Of a DNA stretch of 64,000 nt, positions 51,601 to 60,026 are shown piece by piece. Numbering within the stretch: the stretch's first letter is position 1; each line of letters opens with the position of its first letter. The stretch comes from Hemiscyllium ocellatum. Lineage: Eukaryota. The stretch covers positions 64,950,117 through 65,014,116 of the forward strand of contig NC_083410.1 in assembly GCF_020745735.1 (NCBI RefSeq), in the 5' to 3' direction. The translations under genes and the position numbers were made by a program. The notes below the pieces were generated by a model. That model worked only from the letters and a program-made list of their open reading frames with translations. It ran no database searches and had not been told where the DNA came from.

Positions 51601-54600
51601 TAAACCTTAAAGCTATTTAATTTATTAAATCTTCATTCTGCTCTATTAGAATGAAAGCAAAGCATTTAAAAATTAGGTTCTAATTACGATAACTCATTAT
51701 TATAAGGTCCTGGATTACAATAATTTAGAATGGCCAAAAAGCAGATAAAAAAGGCAAAAGACCTGTACTGGTCACAGCTTTCACAACACCCTGACTCCTT
51801 TTATGCAAATTACAGACATAAGTCATATATATTTCTCAATTATTCATTTTAAACTGTTGCTCAAAATGTTGTTTGCGGTTCTGTTCGCTGAGCTGGGAAT
51901 GTGTGTTGCAGACGTTTTGTCCCCTGTCTAGGTGACATCCTCAGTGCTTGAAAGCCTCCTATGAAGCACTTCTGTAATGTTTCCTCCAGCATTTATAGTG
52001 ATTTGTATCTGCTGCTTCCATTTGTCGTAAATCACTATAAATACCGCAGGAAACATCACAGAAGCGCTTCACAGAAGGTTCCCAAGCACTGAGGATGTCA
52101 CCTAGACAGGGGACGAAACATCTGCAACACAAATTCCCAGCTCGGCGAACAGAACCACAACAATGAGCACCCGAGCTACAAATCTTCTCACAAACTTTGT
52201 TGCTCAAATCTGCAATGAACTAATCTCACCTGCTGAAATAAGGCAACGATATCTAATATACAGTCAGTTTTGCACCACTGAACATAGTCCAAATGAGCTA
52301 ATAAATTTTTCGTGTTTGCATAAATATATAACTACTTACCTGTATGCACAAATTCAAAACATTTTACTGAAAAGAAAACCTTTATCAATATTTCACTGGC
52401 ATACACAAATTAAGGCCAACTCTAACAAAAAAAATTTATATCATTTTTTGTCTCAGTAGAATTTGACTTTGTTGAGTGCTCCTAATAAACACTACCTTTG
52501 CAAAATTACTCCCAAGAAAATCATTAAAATATTCACTTTTTTGCAAAAAAATATATATATTTGTATTATACAGTATTTGCCTTTTAAACACCAGAAGTCT
52601 GCAAAATTATGGATTTATTTCATTAGTACCTGTGCTGCTGCCCAAATACAGTCTATATGCTGTGTGCTAAGTCTCCCTTCTGCAGCTAGAAAGTTCAAGA
52701 TGACTTGGCATTGTTTAATGATCTGCAAAATTAATAAATGGAAGAATTGTGAAAGCAGGAAACATGTTTTGCAAGTTTGTTTTGAGATGCTCAGTAGATG
52801 AGTGGGAGAGAAAGAAGAAAAAAAAAGTGATCCAGACAAACCTCAATGTGCAAATTTGGTCCAAAGATATGTTCAACAACACTGTTATGAATTAGCCAGT
52901 CAGCTAATTCCTTTGCAATTGACCTGCACAGTAGAAAAAACAGGAAAAAGGGTTTACACATAAAGATTTCCTTCAATTCCCTACTTCTGCAACTTTCTAG
53001 AACTGCATTGTTAAATTTTCTTTCAGAAGGCTTATGGACATTTGGTAAACAATCATCTTAATTATCTTCTCTCCACATACGCATTTGATGTTGGATCATC
53101 TCTCTAATTGAAACACCGTTACTTACGTTTCAGTATCTGACACCAAAGATTCATTATTACAAACATCGTTGAATGTGTGAAGTTGATTCTGTCAGGAAAG
53201 AAAAGTTAGAAATTAAATTTTACAGATAGGTTAATTTGCAAATCAAAGACTTGACTGAAAATGTGAAGTTTACTGAATACAATTGATTTAAAGGGAAACA
53301 GTACAACCAAGGGGTTTATTGGACATGCTTAGAAAACAAATTCCTTAAAAGTAATATCAAATTAAACCTTTTTCCATTGAGCCCCTCTTCATACCTCAGC
53401 CCTGCTATCGAAGGAATCAGACTGGCCAAACATTCCCACCATAACCAGAACATCAATTCTCAGATAAAGAACAAACAAAAACTGCACACAACACAGATGT
53501 AGTCTCACCAAAGCTCTGTACGACTGCAACCAAGACATCTCTGCTACTGAACTTGAATCTGCTTGCTATGAAGGCCAACGTACCATTTGCTTTTTTCACA
53601 GCCTGTTGAACCTGCATGCTCACTTTCAGTGACTGTATACCACAGTCTCATTGCACCTACTGCTTTCCCAACCCATCACCATTCAGATAATAATCTGCTT
53701 TCTTGCTTTTCCTACCAGAGTGGATAACCTCACATTTACCCACAATAAACTGCATCTGTCAGGTATATGCTGAAAATGTGTTGCTGGAAAAGCGCAGCAG
53801 GTCAGGCAGCATCCAAGGAACAGGAAATTCGACGTTTCGGGCCTTCATCAGGAATCCCCGAAACGTCGAATTTCCTGTTCCTTGGATGCTGCCTGACCTG
53901 CTGCGCTTTTCCACCAACACATTTTCAGCTCTGATCTCCAGCATCTGCAGACCTCACTTTCTCCCCTGTCAGGTATATGCTCACTCAGCTTGCTCACATG
54001 ACACTGAAGCATGTCTGCATCCTCCCAGTTCATTTTCCTATCCAGCTTTGTCTCATGTGCCAACTTGGAGATGTTATATTTAGTTCCCTCAACTAAATTA
54101 TTGCTATACATTGTGAATAGCTGGGGTCCAAGCACTAATCCCTATGGTATCCCACTAGTCACTACCTGCCACTCCACTTATTATCTCATTTATTACTACT
54201 TTGCTTCCTGCCTGCCAACCTGTTCTGTATTCATGTTAGTACACTACCCCCAATCCTAAGCACTTTAAATTTTACATAGCTATCTCGTGGGACTTTATTG
54301 AACGCCATCTGAAAATCCAAGTAAACCAGATCCATTTGGACGTCTGATCAACTCTACTGGTTATAGTCTCAAGATTCTGGCCAATTTGTCAAGCATGACT
54401 TTCTTTTCATAAATCCATGCTGACACTGTCTGATCCTGTCACTGTTTTCCCAAATGCTCTGCTATTAAACCTTGTCAAATGGGCTTTAGAATAATCCCTA
54501 CTACTAATGTCAGACTATCCAAATCAATAATTCCCTGTTTTTACTCTACCTCCATTTTTGTTTCAAAATAATGATGAGATGACATTAGCTACTTTCTTAT

Positions 54601-55543
54601 CCATAGGAATTATTCCAAAGTTTTTAAAATCTTGAAAGATGGCCAGCAATACATCCAGTATTCCAAGGGTCACTTCTAGGATGTAGATCATCAGGCCACG
54701 TGGATTTAATAGCTTTTAATCCTAATTAATTTTCTCAGCGCCATTTCCCAACTAATACGGATTTCCTTCCATTCCCCTTTCATTCAACCCAGTGTTTCCC
54801 AAAATTTTGGGGACATTATTTGCATCCACCTTTGTGAAGGCAAAACCAAATATATTTGTTTAATTGGTCTGCCATATCGTCAAGTTCATAACTGTCTCTG
54901 TTTCTGATCGGAAAGTGCCTACATTTGTTTCCATTCATCATTTTCACATACCCCAATAAATGCTTTTACTATTTGTATGTGCCCCTACAAATTGACTCTC
55001 GTACTCTATTTTCTCCCACTTAATTTCCTTTTTAAAAATCACAACACCAGATTATAGTCCAACAGGTTTAATTGGAAGCACTATCTTTCGGAGCGACGCT
55101 CCTTCATCGGGTGTTGTGGAGGACAAAATTGTAAGACACAGAATTTATAGCAAAAAAGTTTACAGTGTGACGTAACTGAAATTATACATTGAAATATACC
55201 TTGACTGTCAGTTGAGTATTTCATCTGTTCGAATATCAGGATAGTTTTACTTCTTTCATATTTAAATCACAACGCTTTTTTTAAAAAAAAAGTTACATTC
55301 TCAGGTTAATTGTAACAATTGGTGTTAGTCAGATAACATGTTGAATGTGTTTGCCCCGTGTCCTCTGTCTGTGCCATAATGTTTAGATGGATTCTAATCT
55401 AAAAAGTGAGTTAACAGAGTCTTACATGAATACATGCAGTGTTTGAGCAAAGTACAATGTAACTCTGCAAGTACAAATTCACCCCACAAACGTATGTGTG
55501 CGCATGTGGGTTTTTGTGTGCAGATGACCACCACTGCATTGCA

Positions 55544-55579
<36 letters not shown>

Positions 55580-58500
55580 CCACCCCAGACAGACATATAA
55601 ACTTCTGGGGTGAATTTGTACTTGCAGAGTTACATTATACTTTGCTCAAACCTGAATTCATGCAGTTTTTGAGCAAAGTACAATGTAACTCTGCAAGTAC
55701 AAATTCACCCCAGAAATTTATATGTCTGTCTGGGGTGGGCGTTTGAGTGTGAGAGAGAGTGTGTGTGTGAGTGTGAGTGTGTGTGTGTGTCGTGGGGGTT
55801 GTAAGTGTAAGTGAGAGTGTGTGTCTGTGTGTGTGTTAGTGCAATGGTGGTCACCTGTAGTGTGACATAAACCCAAGGTCCCAGTTGAGACTCTCCCCAT
55901 AGGTGCGGATACACACACACACACACAAAAACCCATATGCACGTGGGGTGAATTTGTACTTGCAGAGTTACATTGTACTTTGCTCAAAAACTGCATGAAC
56001 TCATGTAAGACTCTGTTAACTCACTTTTTTAGATTAGAATCAGTCTAAACATTATGGCACAGGCAGAGGAGGACACAGGGGGCTAACACCTTCAACAGAT
56101 TATCTGGCTAACACCAATTGTTACAGTTAACCTAAGAATGTAATTTTTTTTTAAAAAGGTTGTGATTTATATATGAAAAAAGTGAAACGTTCATGGTGTT
56201 CAAACATATGAAAGACTCAAACAAACAATCAAGGTGTATTTCAATGTATAATTTCAGTTTCATCACACTGTAAACTTTTTTGCTATAAATTCTATGTCTT
56301 ACAATTGTGTCCTCCACAACCATCTGAAGGAGCAGTGCCCCAAAAGCTAGTGCTTCCAATTAAACCTGTTGGACTATAACCTGGTGTTGTGTGATTTTTA
56401 ACATTGTACACCCCAGTCCAACACCGGCATCTCCAAATCTTAATTTCCTTTATCCTTCTTTGCCAAAATCTAAACTGCTACCAATCCTCAGGACTGCCCT
56501 ACCTTGGATCTAATATTATCCCCAATTTCCTTTGTTAGCCACAGTCAGGCCAACTTTCCCATTTTATTTTTGTGCCAGACAGGAATGACCAATTGTTGTA
56601 CTTCCTCCATGCACTCTTTACATGTTTGCCATTACCTATCCTGAAATTCATCAAAAAAGGAGAAACAAGGCAAAAATAGAAATTGCTGGAGAAACTCAGC
56701 AAGTCTGGCAGCATCTGTAGAGAGAAAACAGTTAATGGTTCGGATTAAGTGACCCTTCTTCAAAACTAATAACATCAAGCAAGAAGTGATCTTAATTTTT
56801 AAATGCATATTTACTTGCGTTTGAAGTTTGGAAAGGACTTAAACTGGAATGTACTTAAGCTGGAATGTACTTTCTGACCCATTATGTATACTAAACAGGC
56901 AAAGTTAATAGGAAAGAATTTCCGGGAGATTCTCATGCTCATCTGCTGTAAAGAAGTGAAGAAATCCGAGAAAAAAAAAGACTAAGCATCATTTATACTA
57001 TTCTTCCAGAGTTTACTTGCCTCTCCAACTGAGTTATGGTTCACAAACAGAATCACCATAGTAATTAATATTAAAAAGTATTTTTGCTCTTATTTGACCA
57101 GAAACAGAAAAAATGCAGAACTGTTATTTTGGGAAAGTAGAAAGGTTGCACGTATAAATTGTCTGTAACATCAACATAATGTATAACTGAAAAACAAACA
57201 AATAATTTGCATCCTAGAATCAGAAATAAAATTTCAAAATCTGTGGACATTAAATTGCCATGGTTAGTTATTATTACACAATACTATCAAATGCATGACA
57301 TTACTAAACCTGCAAAATGAGCATGCACTGACAAATGAATTTTAATATAAGCAAGTGTGGGTGGTAAAGTTTGCTAGGAAAGACATGGAAGTCACAGTCT
57401 ATCACTGGGATAATAGAGATTAAATTGGTGGAAGAACAAAGGAATTTGGAGCTACAAATACATACACCACAAAAAGTAACAGTAGAAGACAATAAAGCAA
57501 TAAAACAAATAAAAAAACAGTACATTTCTAGAGGGAAGGAGTTAAAAAGCAGTGAAATTACATTGCATGTGTGTAGAACAAAACACACAGAAACAATGGA
57601 TCTTTCATCCAAAGCCTGTTCCACTATTCAATGAGATCACAATCTATCCAATATTGCTCAACTCCACTTTCCATTGTGCCCATGCTCTTGATTCCCTTTA
57701 ATGATTAAAGACTTGTCTCTCAACTTGGAATATACCCAGCCTCAGTCTCCTGTGGTAAAGAATTCCATAGATTCACTAAAATCAAAAGAAATTCCTCATC
57801 TATCTGAACTGGGTGACTCACTGCCTTAAATGGACAAACATAATTTGATAGTGACATCACCCAAGAGTACACAGTTCCAGTCTTCATATTATAAACAGGA
57901 TATTGAAACACTGGTGACGCTGCAGAGAAGATTCAGAAGGACGGTACCAGAATTTATGAAATACAATCAATAACTGCTGAATATCTAGGAATATTTATAC
58001 TGAAAAACAAAAAGACTAATGAGCAACCCTTCAGATACCTCATGAAAGGGCTAGTTAGTGTAGTTAGCAATACTACTAGTATATCAAGAAACCAAAATAT
58101 AAAAAGCTAGACACTAAGAAGTCCAATAAGAAATTCAGGAAAATCTTCTTGACACAGAATGGTCAAGATATGGAACTCATGATCTCAAAATGTATCGCCT
58201 GTGAATAAAAATTAAAGTTATGCAGATAGCAACTGAGGGGGGGTGGGGGGGAGCGTCTAAACAGGGTTTAAACACTTGCATGGATCAGTTAAAGTGAATG
58301 ACCTGTACCATTCTGACTTGAAACTAGATTGCAGTTTCTTCAGTGTCGCTGGATCAAAATCATGAAACTTTCCCCCTAACAGAATAGTGGATCAACCTAT
58401 ACCAGATGTACTGCTGAAGTCCAAGATGATAGTTCATCAACACATTCTCAAGGGAAGTAGGAATAGACAATAACTGTTGGTCCAGCCCACACCACCAACA

Positions 58501-59094
58501 TTCCACTGATGTATTTTTAAATATCTGTCCTGTTCATACATTTCCAAGCAATTCTAAATGAAAGCAGTTTTTTTTTTAAGCAGCAATTTTAGGCACAATA
58601 ATATAATGCAACAAGTAACCAAAACCAATTGTATGTCACAAACATTCAGTCTTCATTTAGTTAGTCAATATCTACAAGGTTATGACTCACTGTAATCTGA
58701 CTCAGTCCAGCCAACCTCATAGTTAGAGTTGGTGACATGAAATACTTGAATGCAAGATCCAAACTTTCTTTATCAAAACATAGTGCTGTATCCAAGGGCT
58801 CCTTAACTGTACTCCACATCAAATCTGCCATGTTGCGTGCAGCACTTTGTCGCAATTCCTGGTCTGAAAGTTTACATAGATACCTAGATATGAATATTTT
58901 TGAAAAATGTAAAATAGGATTATTTTTTTGAAAATGCACCTTAATATTTTTCCAAATGTAAAACAAAATATTTGTCATAGTATTTTTGATGGAATGTTAA
59001 AATGCATATTCAGTCTGATCACTTACCTTATAACATAAGTTCTAAAGGGGATAACATGCTGCATAACAGCAGGGATGTGTAACCATATCCTGAT
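6568..59094 (-). CDS. USP34: Ubiquitin carboxyl-terminal hydrolase 34, partial multi-exon gene (20 internal coding exons of the N-terminal region; 5' exons lie beyond 64000, catalytic exons before position 1)
   Basis: Spliced translation IRIWLHIPAVMQH...LCKLSDQELRQSAARNMADLMWS...poly-His...FAYHLRQWQIEGTGISSHLKALSDKQSLPLRIVCQPAGLPDK matches vertebrate USP34 as recalled; all 19 junction phases are compatible. Confidence 0.97.
7508..7820 (-). mobile_element. HE1-type (V-SINE) tRNA-derived SINE
   Basis: Pol III A/B-box head, V-domain GGAGTTTGCACATTCTCC, LINE-derived tail ending in AATCT repeats. Confidence 0.9.
7952..8111 (-). CDS. USP34: USP34 exon, 160 bp (KTGLEKEQEFISKCMESLMMASENLDKEPQSSLTIIERGLLMLKTHLEAFRR-R)
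   Basis: cag acceptor, gtaaaa donor. Confidence 0.95.
8264..9022 (+). mobile_element. 5'-truncated Penelope-like element (Poseidon-like): linker, GIY-YIG endonuclease and 3' pLTR with hammerhead; short inverted 5' piece
   Basis: ORF 8308..8661 TLPYIK...NIIYKISCKDC..YVRQT.RKL.TRIHEH; continues frameshifted as HFDWDNTSILGQAKQRHAREFLEAWHS; inverted MFKKNEYSKNKV at 8264-8301. Confidence 0.9.
8909..8948 (+). ncRNA. Minimal type I hammerhead ribozyme motif (family A)
   Basis: CCA-CUGAUGA-U-GUUACCU-AGCC-AGGUAAU-GAAA-C-AUC-UGG; stem I CCA/UGG, 7-bp stem II. Confidence 0.8.
13586..13685 (-). CDS. USP34: USP34 exon, 100 bp (LCGMDQLWGIALRAQTADVSRAAIQYINSYYIN-G), GC donor
   Basis: cag acceptor; donor ATG|gcaagt gives the phase needed for the next exon. 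Confidence 0.92.
13805..15270 (-). mobile_element. CR1 LINE 3' fragment interrupted by an oppositely oriented CR1
   Basis: ORF 14558..14815 YRKDVTKLERVQKRF..LGLFS; typical 3' tail near 13810. Confidence 0.85.
13993..14537 (+). mobile_element. Younger CR1/HER1 LINE 3' end
   Basis: ORF 13996..14406 EYCMQFWSP..LERVQKRFTRMLPGL..RLRGDLIEVYKIM..WNELP; CTCTATGA tail. Confidence 0.92.
17483..18039. mobile_element. Palindromic Penelope-like insertion (family A) with GIY-YIG C-terminus and two decayed hammerheads
   Basis: Inversion centre at 17694/17695; DWNNTSILGQAKQRHAQEFLEAWHS; TSD TTGA(C/T)CACAGTCTGT at 17468-17482 and 18040-18054; hammerhead motifs at 17518-17557 (-) and 17928-17967 (+), stem I UCA/UGA. 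Confidence 0.88.
19558..19671 (-). CDS. USP34: USP34 exon, 114 bp (MPQLKPETISMTGLNLFQHLCNLARLATSAYDGGSSSE)
   Basis: cag acceptor, gtgaga donor. Confidence 0.95.
20083..20237 (-). CDS. USP34: USP34 exon, 155 bp (LSLDQVDILWHCLVEDPECYDDALHWFLNQVRSKDQHAMGMETYKHLFLEK)
   Basis: tag acceptor, gttagt donor. Confidence 0.96.
22205..22287 (-). CDS. USP34: USP34 exon, 83 bp (YSHGAEVQVRLQFLTCVFSTLGSPDHF)
   Basis: cag acceptor, gtaagt donor. Confidence 0.95.
24551..24646 (-). CDS. USP34: USP34 exon, 96 bp (WAEKELSMMKLFFDNLIHYIQAVREGVHKHL-L)
   Basis: tag acceptor, gtaagt donor. Confidence 0.95.
26363..26452 (-). CDS. USP34: USP34 exon, 90 bp (SVVVSLRLLPKLFGTFQQFGSSYDTHWIT-M)
   Basis: tag acceptor, gtaagt donor. 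Confidence 0.95.
26749..26876 (-). CDS. USP34: USP34 exon, 128 bp (VHLSEGLINEAEKLLCSLVCWFTDRQIRMRFIEGCLENLAND-R)
   Basis: tag acceptor, gtaaga donor; 77-bp intron to the preceding exon. Confidence 0.95.
26954..27069 (-). CDS. USP34: USP34 exon, 116 bp (PSVHKHQYNSNAVTDINLDNVCKKGNTLLWDLVQDEDA)
   Basis: cag acceptor, gtatgt donor; translated by hand. Confidence 0.95.
27600..31110 (+). mobile_element. Old degraded CR1 LINE with a younger CR1 (about 29715-30715) nested in it
   Basis: Decayed endonuclease and RT motifs; inner copy has DWRPVTSGVP, FADDTKIGG and a CR1 3' tail. Confidence 0.8.
31434..31648 (-). CDS. USP34: USP34 exon, 215 bp (HLGDDMMSADDVSCSSSQVSAKSEKNMADFDGEESGCEEE...HLSQ)
   Basis: cag acceptor, gtaggg donor. 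Confidence 0.96.
32886..33106. mobile_element. Short palindromic element, hammerhead family C
   Basis: About 90-bp inverted arms; TACAAATAC(C/T)TA duplicated at 32874-32885 and 33103-33114; plus-strand motif CAC-CUGAUGA-A-GGAGC-AGA-GCUCC-aAAA-GCUA-GUG at 33013-33047. Confidence 0.85.
33429..33575. mobile_element. Degenerate family B palindromic element inserted in an older non-LTR retroelement relic (about 33140-34620)
   Basis: GTGTGGTGCTGGAAAAGCA / TGCTTTTCCAGCACCACAC arms, also seen at 5485. Confidence 0.7.
34985..35804 (+). mobile_element. Solo LTR (ERV or LTR retrotransposon), 820 bp
   Basis: TGA...TCA termini; 6-bp TSD GAATAT at 34979-34984 and 35805-35810; CCAAT 35513, TATAAAA 35562, AATAAA 35687 in U3-R-U5 order. 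Confidence 0.88.
35219..35570 (+). promoter_or_regulatory. CpG-rich U3 enhancer/promoter with E-box array, ETS and GC boxes, CCAAT and TATA
   Basis: CACGTG at 35292, 35321, 35354, 35455 (CATGTG at 35258); CCGGAAGT at 35377; the densest CpG cluster in the window. Confidence 0.7.
37550..37830 (-). mobile_element. Diverged HE1-type SINE
   Basis: B box (GGTTCGATTC on minus strand) and V-domain similarity to the 7508 copy. Confidence 0.8.
39020..39432 (+). mobile_element. CR1/HER1 LINE 3' end
   Basis: ESRTRGHRF, WNELPEEVV motifs and CTATGA tail. Confidence 0.85.
40004..40405. mobile_element. Family C palindromic element carrying a captured USP34 exon fragment
   Basis: Same arms as the 32886 element; internal 66-bp direct duplication around the insert. 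Confidence 0.85.
40110..40271 (-). pseudogene. Duplicated 162-bp internal fragment of the large USP34 exon (source 42440-42601)
   Basis: 161/162 identical by manual alignment (40147 C vs 42477 T); no native splice sites. Confidence 0.95.
40989..41445. mobile_element. Diverged palindromic Penelope-like insertion (family A) inside a CR1 RT fragment
   Basis: Inverted pLTR followed by DWDNTSNLGQAKQ GIY-YIG C-terminus and pLTR; approximate TSD AG(A/G)GTGGTAG. Confidence 0.8.
42217..42836 (-). CDS. USP34: USP34 large exon, 620 bp (ESMQGSSDETANSGED...poly-His-D)
   Basis: tag acceptor, gtaagt donor; ORF 42213..42830; Ser/acidic low-complexity region and His11 tract. Confidence 0.97.
43121..43251 (-). 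CDS. USP34: USP34 exon, 131 bp (G-SPAASPQSSDNSD...QQRLSDTE)
   Basis: tag acceptor, gtaaga donor; phase 1 to 0 fits neighbours. Confidence 0.92.
44478..44590 (-). mobile_element. 5' part of HE1-type SINE
   Basis: TGGCACAGTGG A box and GGTTCAATTCC B box on minus strand. Confidence 0.8.
44714..44843 (-). CDS. USP34: USP34 exon, 130 bp (TLYLASMLIKALWNN...NLPMGNKK)
   Basis: cag acceptor, gtaagt donor. Confidence 0.95.
45110..46880 (+). mobile_element. CR1 LINE interrupted by an HE1 SINE and by a second CR1 subfamily (about 45597-46097)
   Basis: FADDT|KIGG is split by the SINE; FNLDK|CEVLHFG is split by the second LINE; ORFs 45630..45854 and 46198..46536. Confidence 0.85.
45177..45481 (-). mobile_element. 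Young HE1-type SINE
   Basis: GGCGGCACAGTGGTTAGCACTGC head, GGTTCAATTCC B box, V-domain, CpGs retained. Confidence 0.92.
47120..47965. mobile_element. Probable pogo/Tigger DNA transposon relic
   Basis: Minus strand NADEVPL-like DDE motif near 47860-47885; terminal motif GGGGTCGACTTA near 47176. Confidence 0.45.
48003..48492. mobile_element. Family C palindromic element with about 165-bp arms plus an extra partial unit
   Basis: Inverted arms about 48090-48252 and 48280-48446; approximate TSD TAACCA(T/A)TCAA(C/T)G at 47990-48002 and 48493-48505. Confidence 0.85.
48136..48170 (-). ncRNA. Minimal type I hammerhead motif (family C), core intact, sense to USP34
   Basis: CAC-CUGAUGA-A-GGAGC-AGC-UCUCC-GAAA-G-CUA-AUG; stem I imperfect. 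Confidence 0.7.
49789..49914 (-). CDS. USP34: USP34 exon, 126 bp (LKHCSRYIHDLFPSLIKHLDPVPLRHLLNLVSALHPSVHTEQ)
   Basis: cag acceptor, gtaaga donor. Confidence 0.95.
51866..52197. mobile_element. ORF-less palindromic Penelope pLTR pair (family A)
   Basis: Inverted arms of about 130 bp; perfect 11-bp TSD TGTTGCTCAAA at 51855-51865 and 52198-52208. Confidence 0.9.
52086..52125 (+). ncRNA. Minimal type I hammerhead motif (family A)
   Basis: GCA-CUGAGGA-U-GUCACCU-AGAC-AGGGGAC-GAAA-C-AUC-UGC; mirror copy at 51908-51947 (-) has GUC but aAAA. Confidence 0.8.
52630..52722 (-). CDS. USP34: USP34 exon, 93 bp (IIKQCQVILNFLAAEGRLSTQHIDCIWAAAQ)
   Basis: cag acceptor, gtacta donor. Confidence 0.95.
52842..52923 (-). 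CDS. USP34: USP34 exon, 82 bp (SIAKELADWLIHNSVVEHIFGPNLHIE)
   Basis: cag acceptor, gtttgt donor. Confidence 0.95.
53127..53188 (-). CDS. USP34: USP34 exon, 62 bp (NQLHTFNDVCNNESLVSDTE-T)
   Basis: cag acceptor, gtaagt donor. Confidence 0.95.
53772..53965. mobile_element. Young ORF-less palindromic element, hammerhead family B
   Basis: 73-bp arms at 53769-53841 and 53857-53929 (1 mismatch); CTGTCAGGTATATGCT duplicated at 53756-53771 and 53966-53981. Confidence 0.92.
53827..53855 (-). ncRNA. Minimal type I hammerhead motif (family B), stem II collapsed
   Basis: AUUC-CUGAUGA-A-GGCCC-GAAA-C-GUC-GAAU; stem I AUUC/GAAU perfect. Confidence 0.7.
55032..56438. mobile_element. 1.4-kb multiply inverted Penelope-like (Neptune-like) 3'-end insertion, family C
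   Basis: Outer arms about 460 bp; 13-bp TSD CTTAATTTCCTTT at 55019-55031 and 56439-56451; minus-strand peptide RTYGESLNWDLGFMSHYR* at 55851-55907; CA/TG microsatellites. Confidence 0.88.
55545..55577 (+). repeat. (CA)n microsatellite within the Penelope-like 3' UTR
   Basis: Direct observation; mirrored TG-rich tract at about 55747-55835. Confidence 0.95.
56670..56766 (-). mobile_element. Short element fragment, hammerhead family D (degenerate)
   Basis: CTCAGCA(A/G)GTCTGGCAGCATCTGT shared with 63150-63280; decayed GUU-UUGAAGA-A-GGGUC...GAAC..UU-AAC. Confidence 0.6.
58691..58883 (-). CDS. USP34: USP34 exon, 193 bp (YLCKLSDQELRQ...RLAGLSQIT)
   Basis: tag acceptor, gtgagt donor; within ORF 58661..58978. 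Confidence 0.96.
59027..59094 (-). CDS. USP34: USP34 exon, 68 bp (IRIWLHIPAVMQHVIPFRTYVI-R)
   Basis: cag acceptor, gtaagt donor, phase 0 to 2. Confidence 0.95.
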
Positions 59095-59820
59095 CTGTAA
59101 CATTAAACAAAACATAAACTGTTATAGTTCAATTACAAATTAACTCCTTTGCTAAAGCTACATTATGACTATTTAGCAAACACATTTATTTTACCATGCT
59201 AAAAATATTAATCATCACTTTCAGCATCAAAATACAACTTTCTGGAAGTCAGACGGAAACTGTATGGTGCCTCTTCAGGGCATCAGGAGATGACTCAAGA
59301 AAAACTGACCCAATAGGCTATAGCAAGAGTAAAGATACCTAGAGGGAAATAAAACGTGTCACAAAATGGCATTAAATGATAGAAAGTTAGTTCAACTGCA
59401 ATTAAAATATAATAATATATTATAGCAGTACATAAGCAGTTTTTAAAATGCAACTTCTCGTTCAATTAACTTATTGTAATTAATGTGCATCATTCCTGAG
59501 TATTTGTTATATTGTTTCTGCTGCTGCCCGTAAGTTCAGAGGTTATGTGGAATAGCTTGAAAACTTCAAGTTTTAAATCATACAGTAGGGTCCAGGGAGG
59601 GGCAATTTTCTCCATACAGATGGAGGCGAGTGCCTAGAATGGGCTCTCCTAGAGGTAGTGGTGGAAGCGAGTACAATTTCATTATTTGAGAAACATTTAG
59701 ACAGCTACATGACTGTGATGGGTATTTGGGGAGTGGGAGAATATGGACCAAACACAAGCAAACGGGACTAGATTATTTATGAAAACTGGGCAGCATGGAC
59801 AAATTGGGCCAAAAGGGCCT

Positions 59821-60026
59821 ATTGGGAGACAGTGGGGACTGTAGATGTTGGAGATCAGAGTCAAGAGTCCGGTACTAGAAAAGCACAGCAGGGTAGGCAG
59901 CATCCGAGGAGCAGGAGAATCGACATTTCGGGCATTGCCTTTCATCAGGGATGAGAAATTCACATTCCTGATGAAAGGCTTACGCCCGAAACATCGATTC
60001 TCCTACTCTTCAGATGCTGCCTGACC
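59821..60026. mobile_element. Family B palindromic element inserted in a CR1 3' tail (about 59570-60065); both arms carry hammerheads
   Basis: AAAGGGCCT duplicated at 59812-59820 and 60027-60035; hammerhead motifs at 59964-59999 (+) and about 59917-59952 (-). Confidence 0.85.
59964..59999 (+). ncRNA. Minimal type I hammerhead motif (family B)
   Basis: AUUC-CUGAUGA-A-AGGC-UUAC-GCCC-GAAA-C-AUC-GAUU. Confidence 0.72.

Larger units (their letters stand above)
53490..56640 (-). mobile_element. Old CR1 LINE hosting two palindromic insertions
   Basis: ORF 53848..54135 LGPQLFTMY..ISKLAHETKL; continuity restored by removing the inserts at 53772 and 55032. Confidence 0.8.
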
